A stretch of DNA of 64,000 nucleotides from the human T2T-CHM13v2.0 reference genome, Homo sapiens, in NCBI RefSeq assembly GCF_009914755.1, contig NC_060932.1; one strand, written 5' to 3'. A program made the translations under genes and the position numbers. The notes under the pieces are model-generated. The model was not told the DNA's origin. It made no database searches and saw only the letters and a list, made by a program, of their open reading frames with translations. How positions within the stretch are numbered: position 1 is the stretch's first letter; each line of letters starts with the position of its first letter. Positions 18,071 through 32,535 of this stretch are shown here, one piece after another.

Positions 18071-21000
18071 ATCCATCAATGTAAATACTTCCAGAAACAA
18101 AGTAGAAATGAGAAGAAAAAGAAAGAAAACAAAGTATTGCATATCTATGTAATATGTTATACATTAAAAGTATTCCACATATATGTATATATGTACATAT
18201 ATGTGGAATACTTGTTTTCTTTCTCTTTCTACTGATTTCTACTTGTCATATACCAAAGGCCATTTGGGGACAACACATTGTTCCATTGATCTTGGCATTT
18301 ATTTTTGTTTTCGTAACTGTGCAGAATACTTTCCTATTTGGTAGAGCAAGTTACATCTAAGTTCTTTCAAGGATTCATGAGGGTGGGATAAAGGTTCCAG
18401 TGTTCTGCTATGAATGAAGTCAACTCCAAGGGAGGCAGTTTTATTGCTGACTGCATATTTTTAAAGAGAGTCAAGAAAGAACTCCAGAGCTGTGGGTTTC
18501 CAACTCTCACCCAGAGGGTGTGCAGGTCCTAGAATGCTACCTGGAGTCACTGGGGAGAGGAGGGCAGGGTAAATGCCAGGACAACTGAGCCAGGCTCAGG
18601 ACCCCAACTCATGATTTAACCCGAGTAGCTCTTCTCTGTGTCCATTTTCTACATAGGAGTTTTCTGTTCAACATCATTTGAAAAAAAGGGAGTTGGTGCC
18701 TTTTAATATAACAAAGAAAATGCTAGGGAATTATGCATCTGGCAAGCACCAGCGTGAGGTGCAAAGAAACAAGATAGGTCAAGACGTGGAAATGAGAGGA
18801 AGGAGGTCCAGAGAAAATCTGAAGCTGGGTCCAGATTTGGGGAAAGTCAACGCCCAGCCCATGGCTGAGTTTCAACCACGACTTCTCTGATGTTTCTGAG
18901 TGGTCAGTATCTATAGCTTCCTCTGTATTCTCATCCAAAAATTAACTAACAGCAGGCTATTTACATTACATTTTCATAATAATTGAAAGACCAAGAAGTA
19001 ATAATAAATTATTCCCAAAAGAACATCACAACACTCAAAACGTTTATGATCCCAGTCCACCAGCACATCTGTGTTAATAAATAAAACTGAAGATCTCAGT
19101 TCTAAAAGGAAGTTTCTATTCCTAAATTTTTGGTGAAAAGCACATATGGAGTCCTTGCTTCATCGGGTTCTGTTGCTAAGCAGGTTGGAGGAAAGAGAGA
19201 TAGAAAAGAGATGGTAAGTATCTTCAAATTCTTTCAAAGCTAATGGGGATGAAAAGCCCAAGTAGCAAATAATTATAATTCAAAGGAGAACACACACAGT
19301 TAGAGCAGTGACAGTAGGAAAGACAGGGCCAGCCAGGAGTTAGAAAAGGGAGAGACCACTGAATCAAGGAACTCAAGAAGGGTGGGAGAGAATTGTATCA
19401 GGAAAGGGGGTGGGTGTTGGGGCCTCCAGATAGAGCAAAGTCCACTGTAAGAAGTTTCATAGCCATGGTGAAGCAGGAAGAGCCTGGAATCCCAGCTCCA
19501 CCACCTCCAGGCCACAGCATCTGTGCTTCAGCTCCTCTGGGTAAATGGCTTGTCTGGGTGTTTTGAGGACACCATGGCATAATTTCTGGGGTGAACGTAA
19601 AGCGCTCCACAAATACCAAAGGTCCTGTAACCAAATGGCAACTCAGGAGGCGCGCAATGAGAAAGAGGAAGTAGCTGGTATGGGCACCTCTTTCAGGGAG
19701 GGAGTTAGAAAAGAGAAGCAGTAGTAAGATGTAATCTAAGATGCTGCAGAAGGGAAGGAAGTTTCAGAAGGAGGAGGCTTGAACTTGACCCCTGAGCAAT
19801 CCTGAGGAGAAGGGTCGAGTAGAATGAGATTTGAAGATATAAAGAAAGGCCGACTAGTCAAGAAACCCTTTGATGGGCAGTAATTACCATTATTAAAATA
19901 ACCAACATGTATAGGGCACTTAAAATAGCAAGTATGCTGCATTTTTGAGTTGTATGATCTCATTTCATTTGTCTACAACTGCATGAGATTATCAGTACCT
20001 TGCATTTATTTTAACAGAAAAGGAGAATGAGGCTGAGCACGTAAATGTCCGTATTCACTCATTCCTTTATCAGGTAGTATTTGACTGTCAGAGCCATGCA
20101 TCAGGCACTGCTAGACAGTGGAAGTGAAGACAGCAGTAACGGGCATACCACCCTAGACCTTAAGAAGGTTGCAGCCTATCATGGTGGATGGGGAGATGGC
20201 TGAGACGTCACTGAGCAAATGTCAGCCCGATGGATACACGGCTTGGACCTGATGCTCAGGATAGATTCTTCACTCCCTCCTGAGACACAAATGGACATCT
20301 CTTTGGTCTGTATGCTTTGTTCCTAGGGTGGGGCTTACCAAATAACCTCCTTTCAGATCCAGAACTTCAGACCTCCAGACCTCTCAAAAACCTCCCCCCC
20401 AACACATGGCACAGGATGCCAAGAGAGAAAAACAATACCCACCCCTTAGAACAGAGGTTTAATTTGCATTTCTGAGCCCTCTGGCCTCAGTGATCTCCAT
20501 AGACAGAGTCCTCTTGGGTGTCTTCTGAACACATGAAACATTAGCCATAGAATTCTGGACAAAGTGTATATTCTAAGAAAGGAGGGAGGAAGACAGGAGG
20601 TTTGCCAAAGTGACAGTGAAATTCCGAAATGGAAAAAACCAGAATGGAAGGATTTCAGGATATTCTTCCATCATCCCAACAGAGATCCTTGCGGCTGGAT
20701 GACAGTGGGCCCACTGCCCAGAACATCAGAAGAGAAAAACAAGTCAGCACATATCCTCACAGGAAAGGCATCCAATCATTCTGTACTGCCGCAGTAACTG
20801 CCCCAGCTGCACTGCCCCCTACGCTGGCCCTGGAGTGTGGCCCTCTGCACAACAGACAGTGTCTTTCTGTACCTTGGCACTTTGAATTTACCTGGCCATA
20901 TTTTAAGACTTTTGCGAATGCAGAAGAATACATTCAGAAGTTGGGAAGAACTATCAGCGTTACTCATTATTTAAAGAACAATTAGTGAAGAAACAGCCAC

Positions 21001-21777
21001 AAGCTGGAATCACAGACTTGAGGGCAATTTTGCAATTAAGAAAATTGGAGGCTGCTGTTTCAGGAGACAAACTGTCAAGCCAAAAGCGGGAAGAGAAAGG
21101 GATACACAAACCAAGCCGGGCTCTTGTGGTATCCAAGTCAATGCTGGGACCTGATTTAGGTAGTTCCAAAGTAGGGGGAAAGGAAGGGAGTGACATTCAT
21201 TGAAGTTGCACGTATCAGGTGTTTAGACCCAAAGGTCATCTGCCAATTGCCCATCATGGTCCTTTCCTAGTAGATGCTTATGAAGTGCCCACTCTACACC
21301 TGGCCCTACACTCAGATCTCACAGGTGCTGCAAGGAGTCCATCATATCCCCAATTTACAGATGGAGCATCTCAGGCTTCAAGGTCACTTTGTCCTAAGAT
21401 CATATGGTAAGTAAGGGGTGGTACCACAAGAGAAACTCAGGGCTGATCAAATCCAAATGCTTTGTCCTTTTCACTGATGGAGCTGCCTCTCTAAAATCCT
21501 CTCTCGTGCCCATGCATGCTTTCTCACCACCCAGAAATGCAATGCCCATTCTTTGGCCTCTCTAAGTGTTTGAGGCTTGTGCCTTTGCCCAACCCACTCT
21601 TTGCTTAATGCAACTGCATGCAGCCAGCAGAACTCCAGGAGCCCAGCCCTACAACAGCAAAAAGCCTCTCCCCTCTCAGCTGAGTGTGACTTGTACCCAG
21701 CCTCCTGCTCAGCCCTCATCTCATGTTCACCTGGCTGCTGACTTGTTGCTGTACATCTTGGTGCAAGTTTCACCTGA

Positions 21778-22070
<293 letters not shown>

Positions 22071-23334
22071 TCACCTGATCTTTTAAATCTGATCTATGGC
22101 TTTAGCCTGGACAGTATGTTCTTCCCTCTTCCAACAAGAGCTCCAGGTCTTGCTCATATGCAGAGGACCTGGAAGGGGCCTGCGGTGGAGGGTAAAGGCC
22201 CTCTGAATCAAGAAGACAGACTGGACCCTGCTCTTGACTCCTCTTGTCTGGCACTGAAACTAAGACAAATCAAAGCAAGCAAGAGAGCTGCACTGTGACC
22301 CAGTTAAAGAGAGTGGGTCAGAATCTCGGTCAGGAGAGAGAAGTAGGTCAGTGGCAGGCTGAGAGCAAAGCAAACCTGAAGATGAAACTGGAAAACCCAA
22401 GAGATGATGCCTGTGAGGAGACGAGAGCAGGAACAAATGCACCAGGAAAGGCAATGTGACCAGGTGGGCAGCTGCATCCAGAACCTGAGATTCAGAGTGG
22501 AGGATGCCACCCTCATGTCCCCTGATGATGCTTTCGTGGAAGAGTGGGGGCCTGGCACTAGAATGTGTTCACTAATGTTAGCTGGAGAAATTCATGACTG
22601 AACAACCGAATTTAAATAAGAATGACGTTGTGTCTTACAAGATGAGCAGTAAGGACAAATTAATAATCTATGCCAATGCAATGAGTGATGTATCAAAACC
22701 CACTCTATTTTTAACGCTCTTTGTTAACTGTATGGAGGGCTGGGATGTTCTGTTTAATTTACTTCACGTCTAGTTCAGGAGATGAGCTAAAAGTTTTACG
22801 TCAACCTCAGCGGTTAAAAGGTTTTTTATTTCCTTTCCTGAATAAGTATAGTGCAGCAAATTTATACAAACTTTACTTTGATGATTCAGGATCAGGCAGT
22901 TGTGTCATCAGTGAAATGCTGACTATGAACACATAGAAATATGGATTAAGGAGGTGTGACAAGGTGGGATCCCAAGCAGATCCCAGAACTAAAGATGGTG
23001 ATAAAACATCCTATCTGATTGTTTTCCCATAATTCATCCCCTCACTCAAAAAAACAAACTCCGAATCAGTCATCAGTCACTAAAAGTTCTAGGTAATCAT
23101 TGTCTTCCAGAAATACGATTGGAAGATCCCATCTGGCCTGTGCTATAAATGTGAAGAAATTGGAGAACATAGTCTGTGATTCACTGCATGCTATCTTATA
23201 CCAATTGCTGCTCAGTCTAACCACAGGGTTCACCAGGGGATGAACAGAACAAGAACCTTTAAAATTGGGAACCAAATTTCAAACATCTCGGAGGCATAGT
23301 TGCTGGACTATTTAACTTATTGAAGGCCCTCGGC

Positions 23335-23540
23335 CTGTGTTGTCAAATATGGTAGTCACTAGCCACATGTGGTTACTTACATTAAAATTAATTAAATGAA
23401 ATGTTAAAAATTCATTTCCTTTATTTTACTAGCTACATTTCAAGTGTTCGGTAACCACATGTGGCAACTGGTTACCATAACAGACAAGGTGTATAGGATA
23501 TGTTTTATCACCACAGAAAGTTCCATTGGACAGTATTGCC
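23335..23540 (-). mobile_element. MER3 (hAT-Charlie MITE)
   Basis: atatggtagtcactagccacatgtgg...catttcaagtgt...agaaagttccattggacag. Confidence 0.85.
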
Positions 23541-23599
23541 TTAGACCTCACTTCTAGTGCTTCTGAAATACAGGGTACAGAGAACCATGGTAAGTGACA

Positions 23600-24150
23600 C
23601 TTTGAGAAAACAATCAGACAACTCCAACATGTGGAAATTTGTATAAGCAAACTGGCTCACACTCTCAAATAGTCAATGTTATGGGTGCAGTGTTGAGAAG
23701 GGAAATTTGGAGGACTGTTGTAGATTTAAAGAGAATAAAGATATAACATCAAAAGAAATTCATGTACTTAGATTGGATTCTGCTTCAAAAATATCTATAA
23801 GCAAATTTCTTGAAAAATTGGGAAATTATGAATGTAGAGTATACATTAAATAGTATTATGAAATATCATTTATTTACTTCAGTATAATGTCATTGGAGTT
23901 CCACTGAAAAATGCCTTATTCCTAGGAGAAGCCTGGCGAAGTATTTAGAGTATACTGTCTTAAAGTCTGCAACTTATTTTCAAATGATCTAGAAAAATAT
24001 GCATATGCATATTTTATGCAAAATAGGCATTCATGCGCTGATAAAGAAAATATGACAAAATGTTAACAATTGTTAAACCTGGGACTAGGAACTATGGGTA
24101 TTCATCATGCCTTTCTTCAACATTTCTGGATGACTGAAACTTTCATAATA
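23600..24150 (+). mobile_element. L1ME 3' end fragment
   Basis: tctgcaacttattttcaaatg...caaaatgttaacaattgttaa...atgggtattcat. Confidence 0.7.
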
Positions 24151-24681
24151 AATTTTTGTGAAACAACATCTCTATGGAATTTACAGAGCCTGACATGTGT
24201 CAAAACTCCAAGGCAATTTGTATTTGAAAGCCCTTTTTGCTATCCTTACCTAGTAATGGAACATTTCCATTCCTCTAACCCTGTTTTATTTACATGGGTG
24301 TCAGGAGATCAAATGAGAGGAATAATTTTATTGCGTTTTCTGAGTCTGCTGTTAGCTCTTCATGACTCTCTATCTATGGACAGAAGAAAGCCTGCATATT
24401 TCACTAATACGAAACTTTCAACTTGTGTCTCCCAATCCCAAGACAATCAATTTCATTATGAGTTTATCACTTGATAAACTTTCTTTATTTGCCACCCATC
24501 ACTCTTCCTTTTTCTTTTTGAATAGGGTGTTGCAATTTACATGCAATATTTACATTTCCCCATTAAATACCCGGCACCTCATTTCTCCTGTATCTGTCAC
24601 AACTTGCTTTTGATTCAGCCAGCTCTAACCAGAGAGCCTCCTCTTAAACATCACAACTGAAAATTTAAAAATTTTAGTATT

Positions 24682-24734
24682 TTTTCCATTACTTTCAAAG
24701 GGAAAAACCACAATTACTTTTGCACCAACCTAAT
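24682..24734 (+). mobile_element. Partial MADE1 (Hsmar1-derived MITE), right half
   Basis: ccattactttcaaagggaaaaaccacaattacttttgcaccaacctaa followed by TA. Confidence 0.88.
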
Positions 24735-24756
24735 AAATATATTAATTGAAAATTGG

Positions 24757-25037
24757 AGGCCGGATACGGTGGCTTATGCCTGTAATCCCAGCACATTGGG
24801 AGGCCAAGGCGGGCAGATCACCTGAGGTCAAGAGTTCGAGACCAGCCTGGCCAACAAAGTGAAACCCCGCCTCTACTAGAAATATAAAAATTAGCCAGGC
24901 ATGGTGGCGCATGCCTGTAATTCCAGCTACTCGGAAGGCTGAGGCAGGAGAATTGCTTGAACCAGGAGGCGGAGGTTGCAGTGAGCCAAGATACAGCCAG
25001 TGCGCTCCAGCCTGGGCGACAGAACAAGATTCTGTCA
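24757..25037 (+). mobile_element. AluSx-like with GA-rich tail extending to ~25265
   Basis: ggccggatacggtggc...gagacc...cagcctgggcgacagaac, then (GAAA/GGAA)n. Confidence 0.95.
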
Positions 25038-27023
25038 AGAAAGAGAAAGAGAGACAGAAAGAGAGAGAAAAAGAAAGAAAGAAAAAGGAAGGAAGGAAGG
25101 AGGGAAAGAAGGAAGGAAGGATGGATTGTGGTTTTTCCCTTTGAAAGTAATGGAAAAAATGCTTAAAATTTTGAAATTTTCAGTTTTTAAAGTTTCAGAA
25201 AGAAAGGAAAGAAAGAAAGAGAGAGAGAAAGAAAGTTACTGGAAAAGAAGAAGAAAACATGAAAGGTAATCAAGTTCCTGGGATTAAGGAACTCGATGAT
25301 GAAGGGTTAAAAAGGAACTAGCATGATTGATTAGACCTAGGAAACAGAAGACAATTTTTTACAAGGCAACTAGTGACTAGGCACATCTCTGATCAGACCT
25401 AGGTGCCTTAGGTGACAACTAACTTAATATAAAGCCAATGCTGATTGAGGACCCTGAGAAAGGAGCAGGGTGTGTGTGTGACATCTTAGGAACTAGGGAA
25501 GCAAAGTAGGAAGAAAAAAATCAGGGAAACAGAAAGCATTAAGCTCACCTATTACAACTGGACAATGGGCTTATACTGATACCAAGAGATGGTTACAGAG
25601 ATTGCTGCCAAGAAATATTAGAGATTCCTCAATTAATTATGTAACTGTATATGTCTTGAGGCAGGTGGCATAGCAGGACAAATACAAGATTAGAAAGAAG
25701 ATACAACTTCTCTGAATTGTCATGCTAATGCTACCTAACTAAGGATTAATATTTTGGGGAGAAGAAGGGCTGGGGATTTTATTTTTGGCTTTTTAACAGG
25801 CTTACATTTACAGTCCCCAACACAGAGCTCTCAGTACATTCTCAAGCTAGCAGCATTAATTGGGAAAATATAATAATAAATGCAAGGCAACTAGCACATC
25901 GGCTGACATGTATGCACTGATCCATTCATTCATTCGTTATTAACTCAACACCTTGGATGTGGTGGCCAGTGGGCTAGGGGCTGGATTCCAGAGATTAGCA
26001 AAAGCAGACACATTCTCCTCGACATGGAGTATGCAGGCTAGTGAATGAGGTAATAAAATAATTATAGAAATAAATGCAAGACTTAAGGAAAACTGCTTTG
26101 AAAGGTATAATATCTGAACTGAAATATAAAAGACATGAGTGGAAAGAAGCATTGACTCTCAGGCAGGAGCCCTAAGACAGGAGAAAACACAAAACTTTAG
26201 AGAAATGTCTCCTAAACATTTTAGAACACACATCACAAGCCCAGGAACAAGAGCAGGAACAAATGCACCAGGAAAGGCAATGAGACCAGGTGGGTATAAA
26301 AACCATATACACCCATATACACAGACATAGATATTATATTCTCTGTACATTTTATATTTATACATTAAATAATATCTTAAGTCTCAGTATATTTAAAGGC
26401 AGGAGCTCACTGTGGCTATGAATCAGTGTAAAGCCCTGGTTCAGATGGTCTTGCGGATGATATTTTTATAACGTATTATCAAATATAATTAGATTGAATT
26501 TGTTTTTTAACTTGTGATGTGTCTGGAAAAAAGCTTTTACTTGATTTCTATTCGTTGTGTAATTATCAGTATTGTCTTCAATCTGCAGTTTCCTTGCGGG
26601 AATCTTTCAGAGTCACTTGTTCATTTTGTGAAGGCTGTTTAATTAAAACTAAATATTATAATCCACAAATCTACACAACTGGGTACTAGAGACAATGCAT
26701 TGTCACAATAAAGCTGGATTTGAAAGGACAAGTGAGGACATCACTCCAACTTGCTTTGTTAGGAGTCCCCCTTCCCTCAAGACACTGGTCACACTACATG
26801 TGACGTCTGACAAGTAGACAGGCAAGGGTACTGAAATCATGCAGAATATAAATATTAAAGAGCCCAATTTCTCACTTATTTTATACAAAACCAATATAAA
26901 GGAAAGTTCTAGCATTTTCTCTCTGTGCTCCAATGAACTCTCTTAAACATTCCCTGAAATACATGCCTCTCACTCTGGAAGCCACTGTTTTGGGAAAGCA
27001 CTGTGTGGGGCTGAGAGGTAAAT

Positions 27024-27350
27024 ACATTATCATACACACAGACAATGCTGAAATGTATGCTCTTAGTCATCATGAAATTGCAAAGCCTTGTGGGATTCCT
27101 AGAGAAAGGTGAGAGGGGCAGGATATCGTCTCCATTCTGAGAATATCAAATGCACCAGAGATTTGGGGCAGAGTGTGGCTGGCAACACATTATCATGCAC
27201 ACAGACAATGCTGAAATGTATGCTTCTTAGTCTTTATGAAACTGCAAAGCCTTGTGGGGTTCCTAGGGAAAGGTGAGAGGAGCAGGATCTCATCTCCATT
27301 CTGAGAATATCAAATGCACCACAGATTTGGGGCAGAGTGTGGCTGGCATA
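27024..27350 (+). repeat. Tandem duplication, 2 x ~163 bp
   Basis: Units 27024-27186 and 27187-27350, each acattatcat.cacacagacaatgctg...gtgtggctggca, roughly 92% identical. Confidence 0.95.
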
Positions 27351-27369
27351 CATGAGGAAATCATTAAGA

Positions 27370-28690
27370 GAATATGACTGCAATAGAGCTGAGAGATGAT
27401 GGTGGCCTCACGAGGGAAGGATGAAGATGGAGGAAGATTAGAAGGACAGAGATGGACAGGTGATAGTAAGGTGACACAGGCATATATGGAAACGATGACT
27501 TTTGCTTCTGGCTTAGGGAAACAGATGGACAAAAGTACCATTTACCCACTGAGACAGGAACCTCAAAGAAGGACAGATTGTAGAAGTAAGTTTGGAACTT
27601 GTTGAGTTTAAGGTGCTTTGAAATGCACTCCTAAAGAAATCCAGCAGGATGCATGGAATTATAGAAATGCAAGCACAATTTAAAAGTGAGAAACCTATGG
27701 TAATTTAAACCTTTGAAGTAGATAAGAACACCTGGGATTTGCATTTACCATAAAAACATCAAAGGATCAAAGTATATACCAGAGAGGAACTTAGCATTTA
27801 AGGAGTAAGCAAAGAATTAGAGATAACGTACACCACAATGAAAACAAGTATTATATGACAGATAGGAGGAAATTGAGGAAAGAATGAAATCAAGGAAAAA
27901 AATAGTGAAGAGAAGTGATTCACAGAAGGAAGACATGGTCAACTTGGTCACCATGCAAAGGGGCATCCTTCCAAAGATCTAAAGAGTGAAATGTTTCCAG
28001 TGAAACTGGCAATTAGAAGACTGGTGATTTGCAAAAGGGCATGTTCAGTGGGAAAAGAATAAATGAGAAAATGAGGACAATAAGTTGAGACAACCTTGTC
28101 AAGACTGGGTGTGCAGGACCGAGAGAGAGGACAGAGACAGGAGGGGACAAAGTGTGTGTTGAGGGGGAATGTAGGGATGGCCATTTGGTTTGATAAGAGA
28201 GAGAAATTTCTACAATATGTATACGTTAATGAGCTAATGAACTGGGGCTACAATAGAGGAAGAGGTTGACCATTCTGAAGTAAGAAGGAATATCACAGGG
28301 AACAAGTTCCTTGAAGAAGAGAAGGAGGCTGAGATCCAAAACAGGAGGGAGTAGGGAGGATCTGGCCTTAGAAAGAGGTCCATTCTTTCCAGGAAGAGCC
28401 ACATACAAATGAAGTGGTATGCAGGAGTACAGGGAGATTATGTAGGGACAGTCCCTGCGCTGTTCTGGTTTCATTTTGTTTCCCTAGTGCAGGAAGTGAA
28501 GTGGGTCTCCTGTCAGGTCTGAGCACACGTGGTGGGAGGTAGACAACGGAAGGAGGGTATAATTTGGAAGATTTTGAACAATTCAAATTCCAGTAGAGAA
28601 AGAGCAGAAGGAGAAAAAGTGGAAGATAAAGAGTAGAGGAAGGAGGTGTTAAAGGGTTGTCCAGCAATGTTAAGAACTGAGCTAAGTTTT
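27370..28690 (-). mobile_element. L2 LINE remnant
   Basis: Purine-rich L2-like motifs (tgttgagtttaaggtg, ggcaattagaagactggtga, gagatccaaaacagg). Confidence 0.65.
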
Positions 28691-29816
28691 AGAGACTATG
28701 GATTTCAATTGGCACCATTCCACAACGTGCATATTGTTTCCACTGGCAGCCTGACAGCCTCAGCGAGGGGAGTCCCACGTTTAGAAGGACTCAAGACTGA
28801 GCGCTAGTAGATGCAGGTATCATGATTTGTCCCTGCTGATTGGTCTGTTAATGCAGATGCATTGATTGACACCGCCTGATGTCTCCCCTCAAGACCAAGA
28901 ATGCATGTTTTATCACAAATGGAGCACATTTTATCTGGAGGTCACATATAAGTCCTGCACATCCATGATAGGGCACGTGGATATTGGGAATTCTAGTCAG
29001 AAGCACAGTCATTAATATGAATTATTACATTCTGGAAAAATAGGAATAAACTGAGATGAATTATTTCTTCTCAACTCAAACCATTTCCACCTTTTGTTCC
29101 ACATTAGACTGTGATCATGTGATCTGCTTTTCTCGTGACGACTTAAGGCCTTGCATTAATAATGAGAGAAAGCAGGATCTAGTAGGAGAACCTCAAAGTG
29201 AGCACTAAGAATAAAACATGCTGACCTAATGTCTAGCCTGACCCAACAGACAGCCACACCCTCGTTGCCCCAGAATAATTCACAAAAATCTAAAGTCTTC
29301 TCATAGCATTCCCTTACTTAAAAATCCTTCAAGAGTCCGTGGTGCCTACAGAATCAAGCCCAGCATCCTTAGAATGCTTTACACAACCCTCCTGTATAAG
29401 GGGATAAAGTCCCTGCTGCTTCTCCAATCTCTCATCCTACTCCTTCCCACATAGATCCCATCTTCCTGTAACACGGAAATATATACCTCAGAGAATTCTA
29501 AACTCATACAGCCATTTCCTTCCTAACTTCTAAAAGATGGTAGTTTTTGTAATGGAAACAATATCCCAAGCAGTAAAAGCCATTGCTCCAACCAGATTCA
29601 GCCTAATATCCTCATCCTGAAAAGCAATTTCCTAAAGGCTCTCTAGATGCTAAAGACAGCTATTGATTGCCAATGAGAATAATGCACTGGTAATTCGCTA
29701 AACAATCAGGAGATCAGCCCAGTCACCAGCAGCTTTAAGATACAATAGTGAAAACAAATAAGAACAGAATTGTTCGTGACTTATTGATAGTCATGTTAAA
29801 TTTTTTATCCACTCAT

Positions 29817-29818
<2 letters not shown>

Positions 29819-29848
<30 letters not shown>
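29819..29848 (+). repeat. (GA)n microsatellite
   Basis: Direct observation. Confidence 0.9.
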
Positions 29849-31711
29849 CTTTTCAATCATAATTTTATTGTTTTAATTCAGTCCAAGCATTGTATAAGTG
29901 TGCATAAAACTATAAACAGAAGCCATCCTTGGGGACCTTGGCACTACAAGTGAGTGCCTTGGGATACATTTGTTTGTTATGCACACCACATAAAGATCAG
30001 CATTCCATCTTTCATTTGACTATATCAACGTGTCTCAGGCAGAACTTTAAATAGATTCAGTGATTCTATCTGAGGTTTGCAAAACCATTGTAGAGTCAGC
30101 TAGTCAACAGAAAACAATTATAGCCCTAGTTCCTTCCTTGCAGTGCAGCGAGTTTAAATTTGTCCTGTGGAATACACAGTCGGGAGTGTCGCCTGAGTCA
30201 TTTGCGGAGGATGCCATAGATGGATGAACAAAAAGTAAGGACGTTGAGGCCAGACAGACCCCCACGAACATTCCAGTTCTACCGGCCATTAACGGTGGAA
30301 CCTAGGGCAAATTATGTACTCTCTGAGCCTCAGTTTCTCTCCTGCAAAATGAGAGTAACAGCATGACTTATGATACATGTTTGTAAGGAACAAGTGAGAA
30401 AAGGTCAAGAGTTCAGTATAGACACCAGCACATAGTAGAGATCAATCATAACTTCCTCCCTCATGCCAGTTTTATTTCTGTGTTATTCCAGGTATAAAAG
30501 ATGCAAGCTTGTTGGGGACATAGGTATGATTTTACTGTGAAGAACTGAAGTTGTCATCCTGAGAATCCCCTGGTCTCCTTTCCTTTGAATTGAATGCCTT
30601 TCCTACACACAGTCACACAGCTCAAATCCTAACTTTATTTGGGTCTTTGCTCAACCAACGACTCTAACTAAAGCAGCAATTCTCTGCCTCCTCTTCCCTT
30701 TTTGTACTTTACTGCATTATGCATTTTACTTTCTGTTATATTTTGTAAATATTTATGTACTGTTTGACTCCTTCCACTAGGGCTGAGAATCTGGGGGAAT
30801 GAAGGTTCGGTCTGGACTCTTCCCTCTCTATTCCCAGTGTGCTGAACAGCAACCATCCCAGAGTAAGCACCAGGAAGTATCTGCCAGCAGTAAATGAATA
30901 AAGTAATTCACATACTACTAATCCTTAACCACCCGGTTCATTGTCAGCCTCTTGCAGGATGCTTTTCCAGACCTGTCTGTGACACGCATTCTCAGTATCA
31001 CTCACTTTGGGACAAAACCTTGTGCTGTTACCAAGTTTTGTAACATTTGCTGTTTTTTGCTTCTAGGTTAGTGAAAAATATACAGTTTGAAAGTATATCC
31101 TTAGCTTATATTTGCTAAGGATAACAGGGAGACAGAAATAGCTGGGTAGTTCAAGTCAGCATCTATTAACTGAGGCACCAAACTTTGTGCAAGACTCTGT
31201 TGGTTTCTGCAGGCTCTTCTTTCTCCCTGACCCCTTGCAAGTTGGTTTTCACACCACCCACAATTCTGTCTCCTGCCCTTTCTTTTATCTTTCTACAGGA
31301 AATGCTCTAACTGGGGAGTCACATCAGATCTCATGAATTCAGCTACAATCTTCACATCAATAACCCCTGAATTTCTACTTCCAACCCAGACGTCGCCCAA
31401 AGCCACAGACTATAGAGAGCTCTTAATGAGGCACTATATTGCCAGCTCTCAAAACTTCAGTTTTTGTCCTCCATTCTCCCATGTCTGCAAGTAGCATCAC
31501 TACCATCTACCATCTTGTCATCCAACCCAAAACCTCAGAGTCAGCCAAGATTCAACACCCAAGGTCAATCTATCACCACGATCTGTCAATTCTAAATCAG
31601 CAATATTTCTAGAATTTAGTTACTCAATATCCGCTGCCTCTGCCTTAGTTCAGGACCTCACTAATTCTTACCTCATTGATGGTATAGGTATTTTCTTACC
31701 TTGAAAACAAA

Positions 31712-32535
31712 ACACTGGCAACACAAAATGCTGGTGAGGATGTGGAACAACAGACATGTTTTTATTGCTGGTGGAAATGCAAAGTGGTACATAATTGGTT
31801 GTTTCTTACAAAACTAAACATACTCCTACCTTACAATCCAGCAATCATGCCCTTTGCATTTACCCAATTAGTTAAGAATTTATGTCCACACAAAAATCTG
31901 CATATGAATGTTTATAGTAGCTTTATTCATAACTGTCAAAACTTGGAAGCAACCAATATGTCCTTCAGTGGGAGAGTGGATAAATAAACTATGGTACGTC
32001 TAGATGATGAAATGTTATTCAGCACTGAAAAGAAATAAGCTATGGAGCCATGGAAAGACATGGAAGAAACTTACATGTATATTACTAAGTGAAATAAGCC
32101 AACAGGAAAAGGATACATACTGTATGATTCTAACTATATAATATTTTGGAAAAAGCAAAACCATGAAGACAGTAAAATGATCAGTGGTTGCCAAGGGTCT
32201 GGGGGGATTGAAAAATGAAAAGGCAGAGGACAAGATTTTTAGAGCAGTGAAACTATCCTGCATGATACTACAATTGTGGAAACATATCATTAAACATTTA
32301 TCAAAACCAACAGAATGTGCAACACCAAAGTGAACCCTGATGTAAACCATGGATTTGGGGTGATAATGATTTGTCAGTGTAGGTTCATTAATTATAAGAA
32401 ATGGACCACGGTGAGGTGGATGCTGATGAGGGGCTGTGCATGTATGGGGATGGGGGATGTGGGGTATCTCTCTATTTTTTTTTTTTCAATTTTACTGTGA
32501 ACTGAAAACTACTCTAAAAAATTAAGTCTATTAAA
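31712..32535 (+). mobile_element. Old L1 3' end (L1MC1/2-like)
   Basis: aaatgctggtgaggatgtggaacaac...aaaacttggaagcaacc...aattttactgtgaactgaaaactactct; same family as 5640-6715, opposite strand. Confidence 0.85.

Noticed and set aside
28800-29780. Possible conserved enhancer-like unique sequence (homeobox/Sox-like words)
   Set aside because: Conservation cannot be judged from one sequence; the motifs are short and common.
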